Shown here one piece after another: positions 26,650 to 35,037 of a stretch of DNA of 40,000 bases. Numbering within the stretch: the stretch's first letter is position 1; every line of letters begins with the position of its first letter. The notes below the pieces were generated by a model. That model ran no database searches and was not told the origin of the DNA. It saw nothing but the letters and a program-made list of their open reading frames with translations. Origin of the DNA: a virus; IMG/VR virus record IMGVR_UViG_3300045988_116732, one strand, 5' to 3'. Both the position numbers and the translations under genes were made by a program.

Positions 26650-27794
26650 TCTGCATTCCCTCCATTCTTCTGTATCTGCTCTATTCTCCAGCGTATGCTT
26701 GTTAATTCTTCCAAGCACTTCTCCAATTCCCGGTTTTCCCAGAGGCGGTCCAGCTTCTTAATGCTGGCGCTCACTGCTGCTGCATAACCTCTTAATACGT
26801 TTTTATCTAAGCCTGCTGCCGCCGGAGCTTCCTCTGTAGCTTTTTCTTCCTGTACTTCTTCCGGCTCATTGTCCACAACTTCTCCGGAAAGCACCTCGCA
26901 TTCTGTTTTTTCAACGTTTTCCGGTTCTTTTGGTACGTTTTCCGGTTCTTTTGGTACGTTTTCCGGCTTTTTGATAACGCTTTCTGGCTTTTCAGTAACA
27001 TTTTCCGGTTGCACCGGTGCAACTTCCGGCTTTTCATATGCAACCGGCATATCTGCTATCGGAGCAAATACCTCTCTGACCTTTTCCACATACTCATCCA
27101 TGCTCAAGGTCTGCTTTTCATTACTCCTTACTGCCAGGATGTCCACCGGCTGTCCTTCTCCCTTGAAGGATGTGAATACCTTTCCGATTCCCTGTGGCCG
27201 GGAAGCCAGCACTGCGATTCCTGATGGCGCCAGAATACTCTCAAGCTCTTCTGAATCTCCAGTTTCTTTCCACTTAAGCAGTTTTTTAAATATCTCCGGA
27301 TTGTCTTTTGCATACTGGAAGATAGCCTTCTGGCTTAAATCCATATCCGCCTGCTGCACATCCTCGCCTTCAATGGCTACTTCTACCGGTGATATGGCTT
27401 CCTCTTCCCTTACCTCTGCCTTTACTTCTGCAATCTCTTTTCTGGTCATTTCCGGAGATATGAGGTCTACTACCTCAATCGGAAGGGTGAGCATATCCTG
27501 GAGCTTCGCCACTCCATACCCTTCGTATTTGTCCTGAAGGCGGTCAGAGTAACCGCCCTCGCTGTATCTGTCATTTATGGCTATGTACCTCGATACAATG
27601 TCTTTGGAAAGACCATATTCTGCCTTTGCAAATTCAGCTACTGTACTGTATCCGGATGATGCAAGGATATCTGTGTCTCTTGCCTTTTTCAGCAGGTAGC
27701 CGGTTCTTACGAAGCCTGCTGCCTGATTTGCCAGCTCCGTGTCCAGAGCCTGCTTGAACTGTTCATAGTTTTCTATATTCCTTAATTCTTCCAT
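26646..27794 (-). CDS. Putative DNA-binding protein (N-terminal HTH-like region, ParB/KorB- or DUF3102-like by eye) with PEN(V)-heptad repeats
   Basis: Start moved to ATG 27794 (RBS GGAGGTG; avoids overlapping the PcfJ-like gene). N-terminal region GYLLKKARDTDIL...YSTVAEFAKAEYGLSKDIVSRYIAINDRY. C-terminal half carries PENVTEKPESVIKKPENVPKEPENVPKEPENVEK. Contains palindrome copy 4. The family assignment is tentative. Confidence 0.7.
   Translation of the reverse strand: MEELRNIENYEQFKQALDTELANQAAGFVRTGYLLKKARDTDILASSGYSTVAEFAKAEYGLSKDIVSRYIAINDRYSEGGYSDRLQDKYEGYGVAKLQDMLTLPIEVVDLISPEMTRKEIAEVKAEVREEEAISPVEVAIEGEDVQQADMDLSQKAIFQYAKDNPEIFKKLLKWKETGDSEELESILAPSGIAVLASRPQGIGKVFTSFKGEGQPVDILAVRSNEKQTLSMDEYVEKVREVFAPIADMPVAYEKPEVAPVQPENVTEKPESVIKKPENVPKEPENVPKEPENVEKTECEVLSGEVVDNEPEEVQEEKATEEAPAAAGLDKNVLRGYAAAVSASIKKLDRLWENRELEKCLEELTSIRWRIEQIQKNGGNAE
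26917..27000. repeat. 21-bp tandem repeat, four units (two identical), coding PENVPKE-type heptads
   Basis: ttttccggttcttttggtacg occurs at 26917-26937 and 26938-26958, with diverged units at 26959-26979 and 26980-27000. The next unit position (27001-) begins ttttccggtt and then runs into the palindrome. Confidence 0.9.
27008..27023. repeat. Copy 4 (exact) of the palindrome GTTGCACCGGTGCAAC
   Basis: In frame (KPEVAPVQPENV) in the HTH/heptad-repeat protein, abutting the 21-bp tandem array. Confidence 0.95.
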
Positions 27795-27795
27795 G

Positions 27796-29943
27796 TCACA
27801 CCTCCATAAAATCACTTTCCAGTGCATCTACCAGCATGGTTCCCTGTAATCTTCCATGCCATATCAGCTTCTTTTCTCTTCGAAGCTGACCATAATTTTT
27901 CTTTCTTGCCTTATCACTTTTTTCTGCCAATGCTGCATCCTCTTTTGAAAGGTTTTTCTTCACCCATTGCTGCCATTCTTTCAAAAATGGCATTGCATCC
28001 TCAAGGTCTGCATAGGCTTCATTTAATACTGATTTCTTCTGTCTGATATTGCCGCCCGGCTCTACCTCCAGTGTGTACCATGGTGTGTCCGGTGCTTCTG
28101 TCTTTCTAAGGAAAAGCAGATATGTTTCCTGAATATCAATGCGCTGGAAGTATATGTCACAGGTGTGTATGCAGTGTTTTAATGCCATGCCCTCCACATA
28201 GATGTCTTTTATTCCGGTTGGGGCAACGATGCAGTATTTATCCTCCTGATACTCATACTTTTTCAATGTTCCTTCCTGCATCAGCTTTTCCGCTTTTTTA
28301 AAGGTCTTTTTCTTCTCCTCTATCTCTGTGCCTTTCTTCAACATATCTTCCTGGAGCACCAGCTCATTATGTGCCACGGTCAGGTCCTTTGGCCGGATTA
28401 ACATACCGTTTGTCATATCCGTCTTTCTCTTTTCCAGCATGTTTATGTAATCCTTCCAGTCCATCCAGATGTCGGATAATGCTCTCTTTCTTACCGCCTG
28501 CTGCTTTCTCAAGTAATTAGCCGCCTGCTGCACGCTGACATATTGAAGGATACTGCAGTCTGCTCCGTCCGCTCCTGCTTCTGCAAGCGTCTTAATATCT
28601 TCATCCCTCCATACAGTATTTGCCTTTTTCTCGTCCTGAAGCCATAGAAGCTCATATCTCTTTCCATTCATCTTTTTCAGGCGATTCAGTCTTGCCTTGT
28701 CAAGCTGCAGTGCCTTTATAAGTTCTGTCTGCTCCTCGTCTATTAACTCTCTGTACCAGTATTCGCTCTGCATCAGCCCTGTTCCCATTGCGTAAAGCCC
28801 TGCCTTGTATGCTTTTTCAATCAGTGGATTTTCTTTTTCCCTCTTCATGAAGTAAATCGGTTCTCCTTTATAGCCATACTTGACCGCAATATTATAGGCA
28901 GTGTTTGTGTTTTTCAGCAGAGCAGATAGATTTCTCTTGTAGATTTTTTCATAATTCCCATAATATATGTTTACTCTGTCCTGTCTTCTCCAGCACTTTC
29001 CTTTCAGTTTGAAGTCCTCATAGCGGTATTCCTCCAGCCCTTCATCTGTGAAAAGTATCCTTTTTGTCTCACGGATTGATAAGCCTGTCTCTCCTACATG
29101 GAAAGATGCTTCCGTGTCCGCCCTTGTACATTGGAATGTTCTTTCCACGATTCCATTACGGTATCTCTGCAGCAAGATGGCAGTGCCATAGGACCAGATA
29201 AGATTTCTTTTTTTCTTCCTGGAAACATAGATTATCTTTTTTCCGCAGTGCGGGCATTTTTCCCATTCATTATGCTTCGGTTTTTTATTTATTTGGACTT
29301 CGCAAAGGCATCCGGTACAGTAACCTGTCTCTGCGTCTGCTCCATTATAAAAAATATAATGGTCGCTGAATGCTTCTGTTTTCCAAAATTTTTCAAATCC
29401 TTCCGGCAGTTTTTTGGGAACATCCTTCATGGCTGCGTCCCACGCATCCATCAGCCTTTTTGCCTTTTCCTCTTCCTTGTCCGACTGTATTTTTTTCTGC
29501 CATTCGATTGCCCCCTCTATCCCGTTTTTTTCCGTCTTAAGCAGTGCCTTTATCTCTGCCTTTCCAGCCGGATTCAGGTAATACATTTCGTCTGAATTGT
29601 AATACAACTCCCACCAGTTTTCGTCGTCCAGGTTATCTATCCTTGCTGTCCGCCATTTGTATGAGCCGTCTTTCTGCCTTTCTCTTGTGATATAAGCCCC
29701 GTCTTTAAAGTCAATAAACACATCCCATTTCGGTTCTGTGATTCCCTTTTTCACATCATCTGACCGGCATATTGCAATTTTTAAGTATTTACCAAGATTC
29801 TGGCACCGGCACACATAGGCATACCATTTTTTATTTAATCCACCCCTGTATCTTCTTACTTTTTTTCCCGGCATCTTCGCCCATTCAGTCATGGCTGGTG
29901 TGGCGGGAAGTCTTCTCAGCTTATTCAACTCATTCTTTTTCAC
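27796..29943 (-). CDS. PcfJ-like protein
   Basis: 715 aa. The C-terminal region EGMALKHCIHTCDIYFQRIDIQETYLLFLRKTEAPDTPWYTLEVEPGGNIRQKKSVLNE matches the PcfJ-like domain pattern. Internal CxxC...CxxC zinc-ribbon (YCTGCLCEV...CPHCGKK). Confidence 0.65.
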   Translation of the reverse strand: MKKNELNKLRRLPATPAMTEWAKMPGKKVRRYRGGLNKKWYAYVCRCQNLGKYLKIAICRSDDVKKGITEPKWDVFIDFKDGAYITRERQKDGSYKWRTARIDNLDDENWWELYYNSDEMYYLNPAGKAEIKALLKTEKNGIEGAIEWQKKIQSDKEEEKAKRLMDAWDAAMKDVPKKLPEGFEKFWKTEAFSDHYIFYNGADAETGYCTGCLCEVQINKKPKHNEWEKCPHCGKKIIYVSRKKKRNLIWSYGTAILLQRYRNGIVERTFQCTRADTEASFHVGETGLSIRETKRILFTDEGLEEYRYEDFKLKGKCWRRQDRVNIYYGNYEKIYKRNLSALLKNTNTAYNIAVKYGYKGEPIYFMKREKENPLIEKAYKAGLYAMGTGLMQSEYWYRELIDEEQTELIKALQLDKARLNRLKKMNGKRYELLWLQDEKKANTVWRDEDIKTLAEAGADGADCSILQYVSVQQAANYLRKQQAVRKRALSDIWMDWKDYINMLEKRKTDMTNGMLIRPKDLTVAHNELVLQEDMLKKGTEIEEKKKTFKKAEKLMQEGTLKKYEYQEDKYCIVAPTGIKDIYVEGMALKHCIHTCDIYFQRIDIQETYLLFLRKTEAPDTPWYTLEVEPGGNIRQKKSVLNEAYADLEDAMPFLKEWQQWVKKNLSKEDAALAEKSDKARKKNYGQLRREKKLIWHGRLQGTMLVDALESDFMEV

Positions 29944-30479
29944 CGTACCTTCCTCCCTTTCACATCATAATAGGTGTCCGGCAGGTACTTTTTTCCGTCT
30001 ATCGGATACTCTGCGCATTCTGTAATTTCGCCACTTTTGTCCTCTTTTATCAAAAAAACAGTGTCTCCTTTTCTGCCTGCTGCCACCGGGCTTCTCCCTC
30101 GCACGATCACATATCCGTCTGATGCTATCCCTTTGTTTCTCACGACAGAATCTGACTTCATGTCCGGATGATTTACCAGCCATATGACGCCTTCCCTTAT
30201 CAGTTCCAGCTTTGTAAGCTCCTTGATAAGTCGTATTTCCGGAGCGGATATCCTTGTGTTGTATCCATCTTCATCAATGTTGCCTGACAGCTCCACAATG
30301 AAGTAACGCCCATTTCTGTAGTAATTCAGCACATCGAGCGGGTTATCCGTGGCATGGAATCCATCTTTTGCACAGTGCGCCTTGTCTTCCCGGTACCATA
30401 CCCCAGGTTCATACTGGAAGGTTCCTTTTCCCATGGTGCAGGTCAGGTCTTTATTAAATCCCTTGTATGCGTATCTCAT
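29940..30479 (-). CDS. Conserved phage protein, function unknown
   Basis: 179 aa, MRYAYKGFNKDLTCTMGKGTFQYEPGVWYRED..CAKDGFHATDNPLDVLNYY. Overlap-coupled to its neighbours. Confidence 0.65.
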   Translation of the reverse strand: MRYAYKGFNKDLTCTMGKGTFQYEPGVWYREDKAHCAKDGFHATDNPLDVLNYYRNGRYFIVELSGNIDEDGYNTRISAPEIRLIKELTKLELIREGVIWLVNHPDMKSDSVVRNKGIASDGYVIVRGRSPVAAGRKGDTVFLIKEDKSGEITECAEYPIDGKKYLPDTYYDVKGRKVR

Positions 30480-30973
30480 TTTGTGCCTCCGTAATAAGTC
30501 CTGATTGTCTTCTTTCGCTCTGCTAAATTAGGAAATCCGATTGAAATTTCATGGTTGTCTGCTACTTTTGCCACTTCCTTTGCCTGCTGCACAATGCGTT
30601 TGTCTACCACCGCTTTTTCTTCAAATCCTTTTTCCAGTAAAATAGCCATATATCCTGCAAGTGAATGCTTCATTACTCCGGCACATACTTTTTCATTTGC
30701 AAGACACTCCTGACGTATTTCATCCACCCAGTCCATAAGCACTCCGGCAATCTTTAAATCTTCTGATTCCACTTTCAATCTTCCGTGTGCGGCGGTACAT
30801 GGTGTTGCCAGTTCTTCCATTTCACCTTCTGCATAATCCTCTGCATCTGCCTTATCCAGTCCATTTTCTTCTGCCAGCACTATGAGGGATGCTACATCTC
30901 CCTCTTCTTTCAAGCCTGCTGCCGCTTTGTTCAATTCTTCTACTGAGTTTAATTCGCCAAATTTTTCAAACAT
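30476..30973 (-). CDS. Acidic early protein, function unknown
   Basis: Start moved to ATG 30973 (RBS AAGGAGGAA). The track's 31102 start adds an implausible N-terminus and overlaps the upstream gene. Confidence 0.65.
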   Translation of the reverse strand: MFEKFGELNSVEELNKAAAGLKEEGDVASLIVLAEENGLDKADAEDYAEGEMEELATPCTAAHGRLKVESEDLKIAGVLMDWVDEIRQECLANEKVCAGVMKHSLAGYMAILLEKGFEEKAVVDKRIVQQAKEVAKVADNHEISIGFPNLAERKKTIRTYYGGTK

Positions 30974-31041
30974 AATACTTACTTCCTCCTTCTGATTTTT
31001 CTCGGCACATAGAATATGTGCGATTTTAAAAAAAATAAAAT

Positions 31042-31248
31042 TCAAATTATTCCGCCACATGATTCTGGCAGTTCCCGGAGCGGACAGAAGTCCGGTCTGC
31101 ATGTAACATAATCTGTCACTTCTTCACCCATGTCAGGTGCTGTGCAATACAATGTTTTTTCTCCATATCTTGGCGGTTGCTCATCATCTACGAAATCGCA
31201 CATATCACACGATTCCGGCATATCCATAACTAATACTGCTTTAGCCAT
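31042..31248 (-). CDS. Small Cys-rich protein, function unknown
   Basis: 68 aa, PESCDMCDF...YCTAP...TCRPDFCPLRELPESC. Confidence 0.5.
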   Translation of the reverse strand: MAKAVLVMDMPESCDMCDFVDDEQPPRYGEKTLYCTAPDMGEEVTDYVTCRPDFCPLRELPESCGGII

Positions 31249-31507
31249 ATAATTCTTCCTTTCTTCCCTGCACTATCTCTTTTACCTTTTTCTCGTAAAA
31301 TTCTTCCGAAATATACTGATCTCTATGAGGGAACTTACTGTCTGTCAGAACAGCATAGGCTTCTGCCCAAGACAGACCTCCTCTGGCTGCTAATCTGTCT
31401 AATGTCTGTCCACAATGGTTTTTTAATGCCTGTTCTTCATGCGGTTTAATGATATTATAGGGAATATATTCCTTCCCTTTGTTTGTCATAATCGGAAATT
31501 CTTTCAT
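31241..31507 (-). CDS. Hypothetical early protein
   Basis: 88 aa. Overlap-coupled. Balanced composition. Confidence 0.55.
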   Translation of the reverse strand: MKEFPIMTNKGKEYIPYNIIKPHEEQALKNHCGQTLDRLAARGGLSWAEAYAVLTDSKFPHRDQYISEEFYEKKVKEIVQGRKEELYG

Positions 31508-31530
31508 ATACTACCTCTATTTCAGTTTAT

Positions 31531-31785
31531 CTATTCTCTTACAATCTCAATATAGATTTGAGAACGTATACCCTCATTGATTATTTTCAATTCGTGAATA
31601 TCAAAAATATCAAAACCATCAATGCAATCATAATCTTTGGTATACTTTTCTACAAACTCAGACGGTGAACCTTCAAAACAGTATTCCTCATCTATGCCTT
31701 CATCTATCCAAAACCATTCTAAAACAACCTTTGTTGTAGCATTTTTACGCTCTGCATATTGCTTTATAAATTCAATTAAACTCAT
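31531..31785 (-). CDS. Hypothetical early protein
   Basis: 84 aa, acidic, globular-looking. Confidence 0.55.
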   Translation of the reverse strand: MSLIEFIKQYAERKNATTKVVLEWFWIDEGIDEEYCFEGSPSEFVEKYTKDYDCIDGFDIFDIHELKIINEGIRSQIYIEIVRE

Positions 31786-31843
31786 ATTTTCCCTTTCTGC
31801 CTTTATTGGCTAAATTCTAATTTATTTTTTCTTTCTCTCCTTT

Positions 31844-32044
31844 CTACTTTCCCATCATATCTGGAAAATCTCTCCAGCTCTTTTCCGTTTCCAGTTCATC
31901 ATTTTTCTTCCGAAGTGTGCGATTTTCCGCTCTTAATTTATTATTTTCTTTCAAGATTTTTTGCAATTCGCAATCCTTTTTATGTTCACATCTTGCATCA
32001 GCTGAATACTCTGTGCATATTTTGCATAGATCTTTGCTTTTCAC
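31844..32044 (-). CDS. Small Cys-containing coiled-coil protein
   Basis: 66 aa. CKIC...C...C followed by a leucine-zipper-like LKENNKLRAENRTLRKKNDELE. Confidence 0.5.
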   Translation of the reverse strand: MKSKDLCKICTEYSADARCEHKKDCELQKILKENNKLRAENRTLRKKNDELETEKSWRDFPDMMGK

Positions 32045-32057
32045 TCGATTCTCCTTT

Positions 32058-32297
32058 CTACCATCCCGCTATTACATACCCCGACATTAATCCGTATTCA
32101 GGAACATTCCGCAGCACATATTCTATCCTCCTGCTTGTCTCACGTCCGGTATATTTCTCCCCATCCCATTCTTTCAATATCAATACATCCACTTTCTGCA
32201 AATCATCCTCATCCTTACGGATTTCAAATCTTTTTTCGTCATGAATTACCGCCTTAAAGTATTCTGGTAATATCCTCTTTTCTATAATTTTACGCAT
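32058..32297 (-). CDS. DUF3850 / ASCH-like (PUA-fold) protein
   Basis: 79 aa. ILPEYFKAVIHDEKRFEIRKDEDDLQKVDVLILKEWDGEKYTGRE...GYVIAGW matches the DUF3850 pattern (P.YF..V..G.K.FE.RK.D..F..GD.L.L.E......YTGR). Confidence 0.7.
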   Translation of the reverse strand: MRKIIEKRILPEYFKAVIHDEKRFEIRKDEDDLQKVDVLILKEWDGEKYTGRETSRRIEYVLRNVPEYGLMSGYVIAGW

Positions 32298-32550
32298 CTA
32301 CTCCACCGCCTTTCACAATTTCGATTGCACCTTTGTAAGCCCATCTTGCACCTTTTCCCGTAAGTGAATCTTCCGTGTCTGATATGCAATCTTCCAACTG
32401 CTTCACAACCTTTTCCGGGTCGTAGGCGGTCGGCTGTTTATCAATAACAGAAGCAATGCGTAAAAAATCTAAGCAATCCATGTCTTCGTTCTTTGAAATT
32501 GCTTTTTCTAAATCCGCTTTTAATTTATCCGCATCAATCAAACTTCCCAT
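32290..32550 (-). CDS. Hypothetical early protein
   Basis: 86 aa. Overlap-coupled on both sides. Confidence 0.55.
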   Translation of the reverse strand: MGSLIDADKLKADLEKAISKNEDMDCLDFLRIASVIDKQPTAYDPEKVVKQLEDCISDTEDSLTGKGARWAYKGAIEIVKGGGVDA

Positions 32551-32752
32551 CGTTCACTCTCCTTCCTACACAGCAATCCCAGCACTCATCCGGAGTCATC
32601 CCTGAATCTTCATAATCCTTCAGTTTTGCCAATGCTCCATATATCTTCTCTTGTACCTTCTGTGTTATCGTCTCGCCCACATGGAGCTGATTCCATTTAA
32701 CACCTTTCAAAGCCCAGTTGCCTTGTTCATCCTTAATTGTCAGTCTTCCCAT
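32534..32752 (-). CDS. Hypothetical early protein
   Basis: Start moved to ATG 32752 (RBS AAAGGAGAG). Sequence MGRLTIKDEQGNWALKGVKWNQLHVGE... Confidence 0.55.
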   Translation of the reverse strand: MGRLTIKDEQGNWALKGVKWNQLHVGETITQKVQEKIYGALAKLKDYEDSGMTPDECWDCCVGRRVNDGKFD

Positions 32753-32904
32753 CACGCTCTCCTTTCTCCGGAGCATGGTGTATATGTGTGGTCTTTTGTA
32801 CCTCTTCCAAAAAACGCTCCGCATTCTGTGTTTATGCGGTTTCCATGCCCCGGCTGTGACAGATTTATAAGTTCCTTCGTGTATATGTAAGTAATCTTGG
32901 AGGT

Positions 32905-33330
32905 CTAGACTTCTGCCGCCCTCTGGACGGTTGTTTTGCGGTTTATTTTAATGTTTCCTTTTTTAGTCTCGCTGACCATCATCTTGAGTTCACCGGTAAC
33001 CTCAACAGTTACCTTTTCTGCTATTCCATCCACCACATAGCCTGCTGCCTGATGAAGCATCTGCATCCTTGCATCTGTAAGCTCCGGTTTATTTCCTGAT
33101 CCGAAAAGCTCTTCAATTCTGAAATCTGCCTTTTCTTTCCGGTACAACCTTGATGTATAATTCTGCGCTTCATAACAATTGCATTGCTCTGTAGCCAGTT
33201 CGTTCAATTCATCCTCGTTGAATTCCTCCAGTGCCTCTACGAGCTTTATCTGACCGCAAAATCTGCAGGCTCCATTTTTTTCTACAGCCCTGTCCTTGTT
33301 TTCTTTCACTAAATTTTTCAGCATCTTCAT
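32905..33330 (-). CDS. Hypothetical early protein (Cys motifs)
   Basis: 141 aa, GACRFCGQ...EQCNCYEAQNY. Confidence 0.6.
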   Translation of the reverse strand: MKMLKNLVKENKDRAVEKNGACRFCGQIKLVEALEEFNEDELNELATEQCNCYEAQNYTSRLYRKEKADFRIEELFGSGNKPELTDARMQMLHQAAGYVVDGIAEKVTVEVTGELKMMVSETKKGNIKINRKTTVQRAAEV

Positions 33331-33674
33331 ACTCCTTTCTTGTATACCAGCTTCTCACGGTCCCATCCCGGGTACTGCTCTTTCAGGTAACATTCTGCAA
33401 ATTCAAGCATTTCAGCTCTTAATCCCTTGTTTCCGTTGTCCAGTAACTGGTGGTGACTCCGGCAGGCGGTTACACCGTTCTGTTCCACTCCAAGTCCACC
33501 CTGGCTCCGGTTCACCACATGGGCGATATCCCGGATGTGCGCCCCGAAGTCCTTCTTTACAAGCGGCCATCTGCCGCTTTTGCAGAATATGCAGGTGTCT
33601 CCGTCCCTGCTGATGATTCTTGCGATTGTGCCCTTGTCAAAGGTGCACGCTTTTGTTCTTCTGCTCTTGCTCAT
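33327..33674 (-). CDS. HNH endonuclease
   Basis: 115 aa. CIFCKSG...HIRDIAHVVNRSQGGLGVEQNGVTACRSHHQLLD (H-N-H with flanking Cys/His). Confidence 0.8.
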   Translation of the reverse strand: MSKSRRTKACTFDKGTIARIISRDGDTCIFCKSGRWPLVKKDFGAHIRDIAHVVNRSQGGLGVEQNGVTACRSHHQLLDNGNKGLRAEMLEFAECYLKEQYPGWDREKLVYKKGV

Positions 33675-34095
33675 AATGTTTCATTCTCCTGTCCTGCCAA
33701 TTGGAATACTTGGTGTGTTCCGCATAGCAAATATTTATATTGTGTGGTGCAAGCAACTCTGCCGCCCGCTGCCATAAAACACTGTGTTTCACCGGCTCTC
33801 CATTCTGCTTCCGGAAGTCTGCCGCTATCCAGTCATCTAGGAACCGGTTCACACCGGATTCCAGATATTTACTGTCTGTGAATATCTCAAGGTCAGACGC
33901 TCTTCTCATATGCTCCATAGCTTTTATCAGCCCCAGCAAGGCTATCTGATTGGCTGTGCCGGTGTCTTTCCCGGTCTCTTCCAGCGTCTTCTCTCCTTCA
34001 CTGGTATCTGCTTCCAGGATGCCACAGTAACACCCTTCCGCTTTCCGGAGTCCATGGTATGAAGTTCTTAAGTAAATCCTTGCCTCCATCTTCAA
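33637..34095 (-). CDS. RNase HI-fold protein (apparently degenerate active site)
   Basis: 152 aa. Alignable by eye to RNase HI: TANQIALLGLIKAME with TNNRMELMAAIVALE, EIFTDSKYLESGV with ILSTDSQYVRQGI, and PVKHSVLWQR with PVKNVDLWQR. The positions of catalytic D10 and E48 read R and A. Confidence 0.65.
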   Translation of the reverse strand: MKMEARIYLRTSYHGLRKAEGCYCGILEADTSEGEKTLEETGKDTGTANQIALLGLIKAMEHMRRASDLEIFTDSKYLESGVNRFLDDWIAADFRKQNGEPVKHSVLWQRAAELLAPHNINICYAEHTKYSNWQDRRMKHYEQEQKNKSVHL

Positions 34096-34862
34096 ATTCT
34101 CCTATCCAGTTTTTCCTCGGTATATCTCATGTAGGAATACCCGGTATACCGGTTTGTGCCGCTCCGGATGCTCTCCGGGACGATATAATATCCCGGTGTC
34201 GGTTTTGGTCCATAAATCAGCAGCTTTCTCACAGTCCACCGCCTGTATCTCTTTCTCTCCGGTTTTGGCCGGATTAAATTCCGGCTCGTGGAATAGCTGT
34301 ACTCTTCTTTGGTCAGCTTCCGGGGGAGACCTTTCTTCTTTCTCTCTTCCTCATCCGGCACCTTTGCCATATACTGGGCGAGCTGTTCAAATCCACCCTC
34401 TTCATAGAGGTTTGAGAAGAATATCCTTCCATGCTGCCAGCACTCCTTGATTAACACATCCGTGTCTGCTCCTCTGATTCTGTTCATGATCATGTGGATA
34501 TGTATTCCGCCTCTGGATCCGATTTCAATTACTCTCATCCATTTCAGTTCTGCTCCGAACTTTCGGTAGCGTCTTGCCAGCTTTCGCAAAACGTTATTCA
34601 GGTCTTCTTTCACTCCCTGCATATCCTTCCGCTCTCCCTTCCGGTATGTGAAGGTCAGCCAGAAGTCATTTTCTACAAAGTTCGCTTTTATCGTCCTGCG
34701 GATTCTGTTTTTCTTATTAATCTGATTCTGCAGTTCTATCTGCCAGGGGGAAGTTCTCTCTCTTACGGCTCTCTTCTCTCCCTTGGCTCCGTAATTTCCT
34801 TCCCACTTATACTCATACTCAATCGAGCCGGGGAAGTTATAAATATCAACACAATATGCCAT
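34092..34862 (-). CDS. HUH-superfamily rolling-circle replication initiator (Rep)-like protein
   Basis: 256 aa with the three Rep motifs in order: FWLTFTY (aa 67-73), GGIHIHMIM (H-U-H, aa 118-126) and LAQYMAK (Y..K, aa 161-167). Confidence 0.7.
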   Translation of the reverse strand: MAYCVDIYNFPGSIEYEYKWEGNYGAKGEKRAVRERTSPWQIELQNQINKKNRIRRTIKANFVENDFWLTFTYRKGERKDMQGVKEDLNNVLRKLARRYRKFGAELKWMRVIEIGSRGGIHIHMIMNRIRGADTDVLIKECWQHGRIFFSNLYEEGGFEQLAQYMAKVPDEEERKKKGLPRKLTKEEYSYSTSRNLIRPKPERKRYRRWTVRKLLIYGPKPTPGYYIVPESIRSGTNRYTGYSYMRYTEEKLDRRI

Positions 34863-34929
34863 AACCTTTGTCCTTAACTTTAATATTCCTAATCGAGTTG
34901 CGAAAACAGGTCTGAAATGCCCTGTTTTC

Positions 34930-34958
34930 TTGCAATTTTGCGGCTTTTATGGTATATT
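34930..34958 (+). promoter_or_regulatory. Plus-strand promoter: TTGCAA - 17 nt - TGgTATATT
   Basis: -35 at 34930-34935 and extended -10 TGGTATATT at 34950-34958. It lies in the intergenic leader of the minus-strand Rep gene and points away from any plus-strand ORF. Confidence 0.5.
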
Positions 34959-34964
34959 GTTCAT

Positions 34965-35035
34965 GCGGGAAGTTTGCAATTCGCCAAATTACTTACAACC
35001 CACTTGAGGACGTGCGCCACACGTTCTCTTTTTTT
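34965..35035 (+). ncRNA. Candidate ~70-nt antisense (countertranscript) sRNA opposite the Rep mRNA leader
   Basis: Bounded by the promoter at 34930-34958 and the plus-strand intrinsic terminator at 35006-35035. No credible ORF. Fully complementary to the minus-strand transcript between genes 35038..35571 and 34092..34862. Confidence 0.35.
35006..35035 (+). terminator. Plus-strand-specific intrinsic terminator
   Basis: Stem GAGGACGTG (35006-35014) with CACGTTCTC (35020-35028): 9 bp including one G-U pair, 5-nt loop, followed by T7 (35029-35035). On the minus strand no T-run follows. Confidence 0.6.
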
Positions 35036-35037
35036 AT

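Noticed and set aside
3096-27000. CRISPR arrays.
   Set aside because: The only short tandem repeats (3096-3350 and 26917-27000) are in-frame coding repeats without unique spacers. No repeat-spacer architecture occurs anywhere in the window.
26869-27537. A 222-aa plus-strand ORF antisense to the HTH/heptad-repeat gene.
   Set aside because: The product is an S/T/F/G-rich repeat (FSGSFGTFSGSFGTFSGF) generated by reading the 21-bp tandem array backwards. The sense-strand ORF has a proper RBS, operon coupling and an HTH-like domain.
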